Source of the DNA: Iphione sp. A-MEVVRFRX5
Taxonomy: Eukaryota
NCBI GenBank assembly: GCA_976226885.1
Contig: OZ320313.1
Span: forward strand, 70,432,001 to 70,496,000
Length of the DNA: 64,000 bases
Direction: 5' to 3'
The notes under the pieces are model-generated. The model was not told where the DNA came from, made no database searches, and saw nothing but the letters and a program-made list of their open reading frames with translations. Both the position numbers and the translations under genes were made by a program. Shown here piece after piece: positions 20,706 to 32,224 of this stretch (position 1 is the stretch's first letter; each line of letters starts with the position of its first letter).

Positions 20706-23700
20706 ATGGCTACAAGAGGCCCAAAGCTCAAAGTCCAACCATTTGACATTGATGGGGACAGGCTGATGCTTGGCAGGTCCTGGCAGAGGTGGATTGAACG
20801 GTTTGAGCATGATTTGCTTTACAATGGGGTAGATCCGGCAGATAGGGAGAGTAGTAGAGTATGCCAAATGGCACTTCTCATCTATGCTGGGCCTGCGGTT
20901 GAGGACTTACACGACTCCTTGGCCGAGGTAGAAAAGCCCCAGGATGTAGCAGCCGAGGACTGGACCGAGTATGCCAAGTCGAAGGCAAAACTAAATGCAC
21001 GATTTTTACCTAAAAAGTCAAATGACTTCGCGCTCTGTGAATTAATGACCCAGCGAGTGCGATCTGATGAAAGTATGGTCAACTTTGCAGCCAGACTGTG
21101 ACGCTTCGCTGAGAAGTGTGACTTCACAGACTGGTCAGCAGATAAGATGATTAAGTGCATGGTCATCAGCGGTATGCGTGATGAGGAGCTTAGGCTCTCA
21201 TGTCTGAAGACCAATTTGCAGCTTGATCAGGCGCTGGACAAGGTCAAGATGAAGGAGGACACGGCAGCGATGGGAAGAGCAATGGGTGCATCTGCAAGCA
21301 CAACAGGCATCCAGACAACCAACAACAGAGGCAGGGAGAAAGTCCAATGTCTCCACTCCAAACAGAAGTGGAAGAAAGGCCAAGGCCAGGAGTCCAAGAC
21401 AAAGGGGACTTCACCGAGCAAAGGCTCGAAACAGTGTGGGCGGTGTGGAAAGTCTCTACACCCAGAAGGTCAGAAGTGTCCCGTATAAGGAAAAAAATGC
21501 AACAAATGTGACACTCTTGGACACTATGGACGGATGTGCAGATCAAAAACGGTTAAATTAGTAGATGGTGATAATGGTGCATACGCACAACCTGACACTG
21601 ATGATGATGACCATGTTTTTATTTTGCAGGAAGAATCCAGTCTGTCTGTGAATTCTGTCAAGGGTAGGAACAAGACCCAGGGACGAATGACAGTTCAGGT
21701 ACATGGTGTCGATGTACAGGTAATTATTGACACAGGCTCAAGTGTGAACATTGTAGACCGTGCGACTTACAAGAAAGTCGGAGAGCCACAACTCAGTGAG
21801 TGTGACAGTGTCTTGTTTCCATTTGGTGTTGATAAAAGGCTACCTGTGAAGGGTAAGTTCACAGCGAGAGTGAAGGCCAAGGGCAACTCGGTAGTAGCGC
21901 AGATACTTGTCATGGAAGGACCTAGGGTCTGTAATGTATTGTCTGAAAAATCAGCCTTAGACTTGGGTCTAATAAAGTACGTAAGAGGTGTAACTGGTAA
22001 GGTGGAAGAGTCTTTTCCACACTTGTATGATGGGTTCGGCAAACTGACTGCCCATCAGGTAAAGATTCATGTGGATGAGAGTGTCCGGCCTGTTGTGCAA
22101 GCATCGCGTAAGGTACCGTTCACACTGCGTGATAAGGTTGAGAGCAAGTTAGAAGAGCTTGTCAAACTTGATATTGTTGAACAGGTTGCCGACACACCGA
22201 CATCATGGGTATCGCCCATGGTAGTGGTTCCGAAGAAGGAAGGGGACGTTCGCATCTGCATTGACATGCGAAGGGTGAATGAGGCAGTCATTCGAGAACA
22301 GTTTCCCATTCCAACAATCGAAGAGGTGATGCTCGAGATGAATGGTAGCACCATCTTTAGCAAGCTAGACCTAAAGATGGGGTATCATCAAATCGAACTC
22401 GAAGAGAAGTCACGTGAGCTGACTACATTCAGTACGCACAAAGGTCTGTACAGGTACAAACGTATCTCTGCCGCTCCAGAGATTTATCAAAACGTTATAC
22501 AGCAGGTGTTGAGCAGATGTGACGGTGTTGTTAATGTGTCCGATGATATTTTGGTACATGGTAAAGATGTGGCTGAGCATGATGAACGACTAAGAAAGGT
22601 TTTGAATGTTCTGGCCGAACGTAATTTGACGCTCAATAAGGGCAAGTGCCAGTTTCGTATGAGCAGATTAATCTTTACAGGGCATGTGCTGAGTCGACAC
22701 GGGATAGGACCAGAGGAAGCAAAGGTGGACGCAATCAACCACGCGAAGAGACCCACAGATGCGAGTGAGGTCCGACGCTTCCTGGGATTGGCCACGTACT
22801 GCTCGAGGTACATCCCTGACTTCGAGACAGTCGCTGAACTGATGAGAAGGCTAACAAGGAAAGGTGCTTCCTTCGAGTGGGGTAAGGAACAGGAGCAGGC
22901 ATTTTGCACTCTGAAGAAGAGACTGAGTTCTTCAGAGGTGCTGGCATACTTTGACAAGAATGCCAACACTCAGGTGATTGCAGACGCATCTCCGGTAGGG
23001 CTGGGAGCGGTCTTGGTGCAAAGGCAGAAAGACGGCCTATACAGACCAGTCTACTATGCTGCAAGATCACTGAGTGACGTCGAGTGGAGATATTCTCAGA
23101 CAGAGAAGGAGGCTCTGAGCTTGGTCTGGGCTTGTGAGAGGTTCAAACTGTATCTTATTGGGATGACATTTGAACTTCTAACAGATCACAAGCCACTGGA
23201 GACCATATATGGGCCAAAGTCTTAACCCTCCGCCAGGATCGAGCGTTGGATACTACGACTCCAACCATTCAAATTCACTGTCAGGCACATCCCTGGCAAG
23301 TTGAATATTGCTGACGTGCTGTCAAGGCTGGCTCAATTCAAAGAGCCAGTCAAGAGGAACATCGCAGAAGACTACTTCTGCGCTGTGGCAGTAGCGAGTG
23401 TTCCCAAAACGATGACAGCAAGACAAATTGAGCAAGCATGACACCGAGCTTGAGAAGGTAAGAGAGTGTATCCATTCACAGGACTTCAGCAAAGCTGATG
23501 TCGGATACAAGGCTTGCAAGGACGAGCTAGCAATAGTTGGGTACATAGTGTTGCGACAGACACGGATTGTTATCCCAACTAGTCTCCGTAAAGAGACACT
23601 GCGTCTAGCTCATGATGGCCATCAAGGGATCGTGAAAACTAAGTCTCGACTTCGAGAGAAAGTGTGGTGGCCAGGTATGGACCGAGACTGTGAACAATTT

Positions 23701-24747
23701 TGCAAGCAGTGCCATGGATGTCAGGTAGTATCCAGACCGGATGCACCTGAACCTGTCATACCGACACCACTCCCCGATGGGCCATGGCAAGATCTCGCTC
23801 TCGACTTTGTTGGTCCTTTTCCAACAGGAGAGCACATTCTAGTAATCATCGATTACTACTCCCGATACTTTGTTGTTAAGATCATGAAAAAGATCACAAC
23901 AGACAAAGCCATCGAAGTGATTGAAGAGACGATCGACATGTTCGGCATCCCATATTCAGTAACGACGGACAACGGACCACAGTTCGTGTCCACTGAATTT
24001 GAGGAATATCTTGAGACACTCGATGTGCACCACCGCCGAACAACACCAAGTTGGGCTCAAGCGAATGGAGAGGTGGAATGTCAGAACCGCACCCTCCTGA
24101 AGACGATGTGTATTGCTCACGCAGAGAAGAAGGACTGGCGCAAAGAACTGCGAACTTTCCTTCGAGCGTATCGAACAATGCCACACTGTGTCACCGGTGT
24201 GAGCCCAGCAGAAATGCTATTTAAAAGGAAACTGCGGACAAGTCTACCATCACTGAGGTCCGTAGAGTATGACGAACAGATAAGAGATCATGAAAAAGAG
24301 AAGAAGCTGCGAATCACTGAAGCAGCCAATAAAGGAGTTGCCACACCCAAAGAGATCCAGAAGGGAGATATAGTCCTCATGCGCCAGCAGAGGGACAATA
24401 AGTTCATGTCTAACTTTGCTTCCACACCGGTAACAGTCATCCACAGGAAGGGAAACCAGGTCGTAGTGGAAAATAACAAGGGTGCAACATACAAGCGGAA
24501 CACCAGCCATGTAAAGAAGTATGTGCAACCAGTGGAAGAGACAAGAGTTGCAGACCAGGAAATTAGTGTAAGACCAGAAACAGAACCAAACAGGTCTGCA
24601 GAAACAAGTGAAATACAAGTACAGCCACCACTGGAGAAATCACATACGGTGGAAACACGGGCTCCAGAGGCGAACCACCCAAAGACTCCGAGGCCCAAAA
24701 GAACATCTGCTCGTCCGGCATATCTGGATGATTATGTCTCAAAGTGA
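20706..24747 (+). pseudogene. gag-pol of element C, disrupted
   Basis: Knuckles CGRCGKSLHPEGQKC and CNKCDTLGHYGRMC; IIDTGSS; KLDLKMGYHQ; VSDDIL; DASPVGLGAV; TDNGPQF. Stops at 21099, 21486 and 23223; probable 12-nt deletion in RT (LMFG-type motif missing); frameshift at ~23440. Confidence 0.92.
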
Positions 24748-24979
24748 GATCAGAAACAAAGTTTGTCACAGTAGAAAAGTCATTCATCACGCTCATACAC
24801 AGACTATATGATCTAGTCAAGTCAGGTGCTATCAAAGAAATCAAAAGCAAATATTTGTATGTCAATTGGTTTTACGTCTTTTATTAACTGGTGCTAAACA
24901 TTTTATGTTCACTATAAAACTGGTGCTAATTTTGGTTGTATCCTTTAGCAATAATTATCAATCCCAAGAAAAGGAGGGA

Positions 24980-25120
24980 TGTAATATCCTGACGTGTATA
25001 GTGCTACACCCTAATGGCCATAAGGAGAACTATGTGAATAAAGGCTTCTGGGATATACAATATGGCAGCCAACATGTGTTGTTATTTCTCTCTCTCAAAG
25101 TAAGGACCTAAAACACTACA
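24980..25120 (+). repeat. 3' LTR of element C (141 bp)
   Basis: TGTA...TACA, bounded by the PPT and the TSD. Confidence 0.92.
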
Positions 25121-25800
25121 CCACCCTCTGTCCCCCCTCTCTCTTTACTGTGCCCTTCCCCCACTCTCTCTCTCTTCCCCCTTCCCTCTTGTCCTCCCTG
25201 TCTCTCTGTGCTCCCTCTTTCTCCCCTTTACCTCTCTTCCTCTGCCACCCCCTCTTTTTCTCTCCCTCCCTCTCTCTCCCTCCCAATCTGCCTCCCCCTC
25301 TCTCTGCCTCTTTCTCTCCCTCTGTACCTCCCCTTCTCTCTGTCTCCCTCTCTCCTTCACCCACTCTCTCCCTCTGTCCCCCTACTCCTCCCTGTATCTC
25401 TCTCCTTCTCTATTTTCCCTCTTCTCTCTCTCTCTCTCTCTTTACCTCTCCCTCCCCTGTCTCTATCTCCCTTCCCCATCCTTTCATCTCTTTTACTCTG
25501 TCTCTCTCCTCTCCCTCCCTCCCTCCCTCCCTCCCTCACCCTATCTCTGACTCTCCCCTTCCTTCTCTGTATCCCCCTCTTTCTCTCTCCCTTCCTCTCT
25601 TCCTCCCCACTCTCTCCTACCCTCTCTCCCTCTGAAGAGAGATAAAAGGAGAGGGGCAGAGAGGGACAGAGACAGGGAGGGAGAAAAAAGAGACTGGGGG
25701 AGGGAGAGGTAAAGAGAGAAAGAAGAGGGCAAACAGAGAGGGAGAGAGGAGGATGGAGGACAGAGGGAGAGATTGGAAAGAGGGAGATAGAGAAGGAGAC
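25121..25800. repeat. CT-rich tract followed by GA-rich tract
   Basis: Pyrimidine run to ~25633, then purine run to ~25800. Confidence 0.9.
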
Positions 25801-26157
25801 TTTCTTCTCATGTTCAGTGTCCAATATAACCAAACTACAATGTTCTAGAAACATTAATGAAATAAAGTGCCAGGAACATTTCATTCTATAATGCATGAAT
25901 GTTACAAACTAACATTTACACATTACCTGTTATGTTACTGGTAGCAGTAGCTAAACATGATTGAATTTTTATTTAATGGCATCTGATCGGTTTTTGTAAC
26001 CCAACCAAAGCATGTGGGGCCAAACCAAAAAAAAATCTATGTTCTAAAATTTATACCTTTTCACTAGCAAGAGGTTCCCTTAGGCACTATCCCCATATAT
26101 GCGTGCTCATGCCCATGCCCACAGGAGTGTGGTGAATGGGGAGACCACATCAGTGTA

Positions 26158-26930
26158 CAGTGAAGTCTTGATTTCCGACCTATGAAATTACCGACCAAAC
26201 TGGCCATTCTGACCATTTGAGCTTGGAACCATAATTTTGTCTACACATAATCAATACAGGAGGTTACTGATTTCCAACGAAACCAATTTCCGACCATTCT
26301 CAGTCTCTGACCAATGAACAAAAGATCAATTTAGGTTTATTTAACTATCGATTTCCAACCGAATTTGGCTGAGTTTTGGCGATTTTTGGACGAATTTGGC
26401 TGAATTTCACCAATTTTTGGACAAATTTGGCTTTGCTGATTCACTGATTTGTACTTTTCCAATCGGGGCAACAACGGCAGCCTCTCTGATGTCTCTTACA
26501 CCCTGGAGCAGTTGGTCAGGGGAGACCGGGGGTGTCAACAGCAACCTCTCTGATGTACCTCACACCCTGGAATAGCAATTGCATCTGGTCAGAAGAGGCA
26601 GGGGGCGTCAACAGCAACCTTTTTGATGTACATGTACCTCACACCTGGGGAGGGGCGGGGGGTCAGGGAAGACCGGGGCGTCAATGCTGACTTTTTAGAC
26701 TTTTAGTCATCAAATTCAGCACTTTTTCGACATTAAGCCATCAAATTCAACAATTTTTGGACTTTAAGTCAGCAAATTCAGCACTTTGGGAGCTTTTAGT
26801 GATCAAATTTAGCACCTTTTGGACTTTTCATATGTTAGTAGAGAGAGGAGAAATCAATTTCCGACCAAACTTGCTATTACAACCATTTGAGCTCGGACCC
26901 GACCATTTGTCAGAAATCAAGATTTCACTG
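26158..26930. mobile_element. TA-flanked MITE (Tc1/mariner/pogo type), family X copy 1
   Basis: TA|CAGTGAAGTCTTGATTTCCGAC ... GTCAGAAATCAAGATTTCACTG|TA. Confidence 0.8.
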
Positions 26931-27129
26931 TATTTGTATGTAACTACCCCCATGCACGCATGCTACAGGCTCGAGCATGTCAGCACGTATTGCAGATGGG
27001 GTATAGAGCGGGCTGCATGCACTGTTCTGTGTGAGCACGCAGGAAAACTGTAGAAGAGAAGGAAGAACAGTGTCTAACATATGTTAGATGTTTTGAAATA
27101 TTTTACAATTTGCATACTATTTGCATAAG

Positions 27130-27290
27130 ATCTACATAGTATCCATCGATACACCTCAACCTCCATGAAAAACTGCACACCCTTCACTGATACACCACAA
27201 CCTTCATGAAGAAACTGCACAATTTCCACCAATATGCCACAGCCTCCATGAAAACACTGCATAATTTCCACAGATGCAACTCAATCTCCA
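27130..27290. repeat. Degenerate ~39-bp minisatellite
   Basis: Recurrent CTCCATGAA(A/G)AA.CTGCACA..TTCCAC units. Confidence 0.55.
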
Positions 27291-27310
27291 TACAGACATA
27301 CATACATATA

Positions 27311-27991
27311 CAGTAGAATCTTACTTTGCGACCACCACTTGGGTCGACCCAAAATGGGCGTAATATTGAATATGGTCGCAAAGCAATAATTTGTATCCCT
27401 TTCTCCTTCTCTCTCTACTTACATGTGCATACTCTCTGAAACGTCCGAAAAGTGCTGAATTTGATGACTTCAAGTCCAAAAAGTGCTGAATTTGATGACT
27501 AAATGTCCAAAAAGTGCAGAATTTGATGACTTAGAGTCCAAAAAGTGCTGAATTTGATGACTAAAAGTCCAAAAAGCCCACTCTCCAGGGCGAGAGAACA
27601 TCAGAGAAGTCGCAGTTGATGCCCGCGACCACTCCCGGGAGACCCTCTCCAAGGTGAGAGAAGATCAGAGAGGTCGCTGTTGATGCCTGCGACCGTCCCA
27701 GCCGACCTCTCCAAGGTGTGAGGAACATCAGAGAGGTCGCCAGAGAAGACTCCGACCTCTCCTGGCAGACCTCTCCAGGGAGACCCTTGGTCGCAAAGCA
27801 ATATTAAAATAAACAGAAAACGACCCTAGGAGGTGTGGTCGTAGGCCGAATATGGTCGCAAAGCAATATGGTCGCAAAGTAAGACACTACCATATAGGAA
27901 ATCTATTGAAAATAATTCTGTTCCGACCCAAAATGGTCGCAATGGGCATCCTGGTCGCAAAGTGATGAGGTCGCAAAGTAAGGTTCTCCTG
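27311..27991. mobile_element. TA-flanked MITE, family Y
   Basis: TA|CAGTAGAATCTTACTTTGCGACC ... GGTCGCAAAGTAAGGTTCTCCTG|TA, with subterminal GGTCGCAAAG repeats. Confidence 0.8.
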
Positions 27992-28639
27992 TACATACCT
28001 CTCTGTCTCTCTCTCTCTTTGTCACTCTCTCTGTCTCCCTCTCTCCCATGCCAAACAGTGTGTGTCCACACGTACATGGGGATAGACCATGCTCCCTGGT
28101 ACATATTGGAACATGCTTATGCCTCACATGGATTTTCAACATGCGTACATGGGGATAGCACCTTAGTCTCAGCCTAATACTTTTACATGAAGGCACCCAT
28201 GGATGTGTAACATGGATTGTTACCATAATAACCATCTGCAACTGCCTAAAAATAATGGGTCATTTTCGTGTCCACAAAGTAGCCCTGGGGGGGGGCGGTA
28301 GGAAGACATGCTATACCTAGTTAGAAAGGTAAGAAACAGCATTTTTGATGAAATGAATAACTCAAATCTGATTTTTTTTTCTGACTTTCTACTCATTTCA
28401 CCAGAACGGGTCACATATGACCTTCAAAAATTTATGTATTACCTTGGACAAGAGTAGTAATATTATAGCTTCCATGCCATCTATATCTAGACTGGAGAAC
28501 ATCATTGTCTGCACTTCAATCTGCCTGATATCTTTAAAACCACAGCTCTTTACGTTAAATAAAGTAACACAACAGAAAAAAATCAACCAAAGTATCCCCT
28601 ATGGTATTTTTGGTCACAAAGTAGCCCCATATTCTTCCA

Positions 28640-29262
28640 AAAACGGACGTGTCCACCTTCTGTGCCGTGAGGGTGGGCGGAATGTGTGGGTTGAGTGCAT
28701 TGGTAGATGGGCAGAAGAGCGTGCTGTGCAGTTCTGAGTGTGCAATTGAATGTGGGCAAGAGAGCTCCCTTTCTCTGTTATATAAGGGGTGTGTGGGAGA
28801 AGGGTGGTACCATGGGTCCCAGCCGAGCAGTGGAGCCAGCAGGCCTGGAGAGGATAGAGAAGTTATAACTTGTGACCCCTAAGGAGGCTGGAACCGAGAT
28901 CAAGAAAGGAAAAAGCCATGGCAAGAAAGGTAAGTGCCATTTTTGTGATGAGATAGGGCACCTCGAGAGGGAGTATGAAAAATACAAAGCCTATCAGGCG
29001 GGGAATGCCAACCCACCCACCCAGGAGCAATACGGCAGGTGGAGAATCTACCCAAGGAAGATTGGATGGAACAGCTCACTGCCATCCAACTAGCTACCTG
29101 AAGCAGTGGAGTTTTGCAAGCCTCCCAGAGTGCAGCTGTCAAAGTCTGGATCCTGACTGGATGCCTACAGGACCTGACGATGTGATGGTTGGTTGACACA
29201 GGAGCATCCGTCACGGTCCTCTCCTTGAGAATCTTCCGAGAATTGCAGGGAGTGGAGTCAGA
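28640..29262 (+). pseudogene. Gypsy gag-protease fragment related to element B
   Basis: WAEERAVQF; knuckle CHFCDEIGHLERE(Y); protease WLVDTGASVTVLS at ~29188-29226. Confidence 0.7.
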
Positions 29263-29443
29263 CAGTTACTATTTCAAGATGTTTTTATGTAATCACAGTG
29301 TTGTGTGACTTATCTTAAGAGTATATAAGGTTAAATCTTTCTTGTAATAAAAAAACATTCTCTCAATTATACTGCAAGGGGACCACTTCAGCAGGCTGAT
29401 TCTCTACATTTGAAGTGAACCATATTTTATGATTGACCAAGCT

Positions 29444-29545
29444 CACATTACAGTATTTTGGTGCTGTAGAATGGAACAGACTGTCTGGGGATGTTGTTAC
29501 TGAAGACAAGAAGTTTTCTAGATTAGTGAAACGTCAATTACTTAG
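29444..29545 (+). pseudogene. Probable non-LTR retrotransposon RT C-terminal remnant
   Basis: TLQYFGAVEWNRLSGDVVTEDKKFSRLVKRQL resembles the (F/Y)xGxxxWNxL...FK..LK tail of LINE ORF2 proteins. Confidence 0.45.
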
Positions 29546-29841
29546 CCAAGATGTACTGTAGGGATGCTCAGGCATTTAATAAAATTGAGTGTTGAGATAG
29601 CTCTGAGCTCTCCTTCTGAAAAACCATTCCTGGCTCTGAGCTCTCCTTCTGAAAAACCATTCCTGTATGTGAATGATGGGAGAACTCGATAAATATTTTC
29701 AATCAATCTTTCAACACTGCACCCCAGTCTATACCCACGAGATGAGGTGACACAGGAAGCGAATGATGGGGACATTGACAGGGTGGTAAAGAGTGAGAGG
29801 GATGAGAGTTAGAGGCTAAAGTGTATTGCTCTGGGTATATA

Positions 29842-30586
29842 CAGTGAAGTCTTAATTTCTGACCTATGCAATTATCGACCAAGCCGACCATTTGAGTTTG
29901 GAACCGAAATTCTCTCCATACATAACCTATATGATTGACTATCAATTACTCACCAAATCAATTTCTGACCATTTCCAGCCTCCGACCACTCATCTTAGGG
30001 TTGTTTTCTGTATATTTTACTATTGATTTCCAACCTTTTGCCGATTTTTGGACTAATTTGGCAATTTTTGGATGAATTTGCCTGAGATTTGCCAATTTTT
30101 GGGCGAATTTGCCTGAGATTTGCTGATTTTTGGACGAATTTGGCTGTTTTGCTGATTTTCAGATGAATTTGCCTCAGTTTTGCCGATTTTCAGATGAATT
30201 TGCCTCAGTTTTGCTGATTTTTGGAGGAACTTTCCTGAATTTGCTTAGTAAAGAGCCACTAGTCCCCAACAAAGCATTTGGCGGGTTGTTCATTGTCTCA
30301 GGTGTTGCTAAAGGTGTGAAGGTGACCACTGATCCTAACAAAGCATTGGGAGGGTTATTCAATGTCTAAGGTGTTGGTACAGGTGTTAGGGCGACTACTT
30401 CTCCCTAACAGAGTGTTTGGAGGGTTATTCATTGTCTAAGGTGTTGGTACAGATGTTATTCATATATTGATACAGTATAGATACAAGGCATAGTCAGGCT
30501 TATATCCAATCAATTTCCGACCAAACTTGCTATTCCGACCATTTTGGGTCAGACCCTACCAATGGTCGGAAATAGAGACTCCACTG
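29842..30586. mobile_element. TA-flanked MITE, family X copy 2
   Basis: TA|CAGTGAAGTCTTAATTTCTGACC ... GGTCGGAAATAGAGACTCCACTG|TA; shares ATCAATTTCCGACCAAACTTGCTATT with copy 1. Confidence 0.75.
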
Positions 30587-32224
30587 TAGTTAAGATACGT
30601 GTAATAACTTTTCGGTTTCTTGAATGCAAATCTGCCATTGGTAATGTACTGAACTTTGAAAAGATCAAATACATGAGCATGTATGCATGCTGCTATACTT
30701 TCCGCTGTAATATCTACAGGCAGTTTATTTGTGCTTATTACACTAGCTCAGCATTCTAAGTGTTAGCTCTGGAGTATGAGTCTTTAAGCCAGATTCCAGA
30801 GATGAGACTTCAATTATATCGAGAGTGCATCCCAACATTACGTTTCTTCTTAAATCGTATTTGTTAGTAATGAACACTTTATAAATTTGATGGACTAAGT
30901 TCAATTACGTGCGCTAATTTTAAATGAAGGTAATGATCTCAATTTACATATCCAAGTAAGAGCTTCTAGATCCATGATAAGGTGCGTCTACCCCTTACTG
31001 ACGCATCGGTTTAATGCAGATCGAGGAAAATGTGTCTTCTTTGTTTTACTTCCCCAAATTAATCCCCACGAAAGATCGAGATCGAGAGGCGTACAAGTAT
31101 AAGGACACGTGAATCTACAGAGAGATGATACTGCCCCCCCCAACGCTATCACATCTATTACATCACATCAAAGACATTGCAGCCACGACTAAGGTCAGTG
31201 CCTGAGTAGAGGTCTTTTGCTCATTCTGTGGCTAATTCGAACTTTGTGTGCAAAACATCCATGACAACTATCAGTAGAGTAGAACTGACTGGCAAGTCAA
31301 AAACACAGTTAATTCCAATCTTTATAAATTATTTTATTATAAAAGCGACTTCTTGAACTAAACTTTGAGGAATTATCGGACGCCAATTGGCGTCAGTGAA
31401 CGAGGGAAGAAAAGCCACATTTATTCCATAATTTAACTCTCAATGTTTAAATGAATATTGTTCATCCTAGCAGGGAGCACACCTCTGTAAATTAACCTCC
31501 TTTCGTATATAGAAGTCGATTTTCACTTTCACGCTAAAAGTGCACGTAGACATGGAAATATATACATGTATGCGCCTGTACTTGATTATTTCAATATCAC
31601 GCTTCAGTAATTATGGATTTTAGTATCTGAATTACACACACAAAAGCTTTTACGCTTTAGCATATGTTTATGTGTATAGTCTCGTAAAAAAAACTATCAT
31701 AAAGGCTTAAAATATAAAAAGACAAGGTAATTCAGAGAGAAGCCATTCAAACTAAAGTCGTGAGGGTTACTAATCACAAAAGATTTATTTTTCCCACATT
31801 TGACTTGTATCTGTCGCTATGTTTCATTAAGGCGCCACATTGGTACCTCATTATACTGCCAAAAGATCTAACTGTAAAATGCACATTGCTTGTGTGTCTG
31901 GCAGCATTTTATCACACATGAATTTAATGTTTAGGAGAAAATGCGCGGACTAACACATATACACATGTACACGCATACACACATGTAGCATATATATACA
32001 TGCTAACCTATGTATACATTATTTATGTGTGTATATACATGGCGATCTTCGCGTTTTACAGGTATTCCCGCCCATGTTTACAGACAAACTGTGATACGTC
32101 ACTTGGACACAGGAACACGCACATATCTTCTGCACCTGACGAAATGCACATGTGTACTGAACACAAGTTCTGCATGCAAACTGTCACTTTTTCTGTCATA
32201 TCTCTAATATTTGCTTAGCGGCTA

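Larger units (their letters stand above)
18913..25120 (+). mobile_element. Ty3/Gypsy LTR retrotransposon C (Mag-like), decayed
   Basis: LTR copies at 18913-19043 and 24980-25120 (2 mismatches over 131 bp); TSD CCACC at 18908-18912 and 25121-25125; PPT AAGAAAAGGAGGGA at 24966-24979. Confidence 0.92.

Noticed and set aside
25116-25896. ORFs of up to 179 aa in the CT/GA tract (also 18729-19071)
   Set aside because: Low-complexity sequence lacking stop codons; no coding signal.
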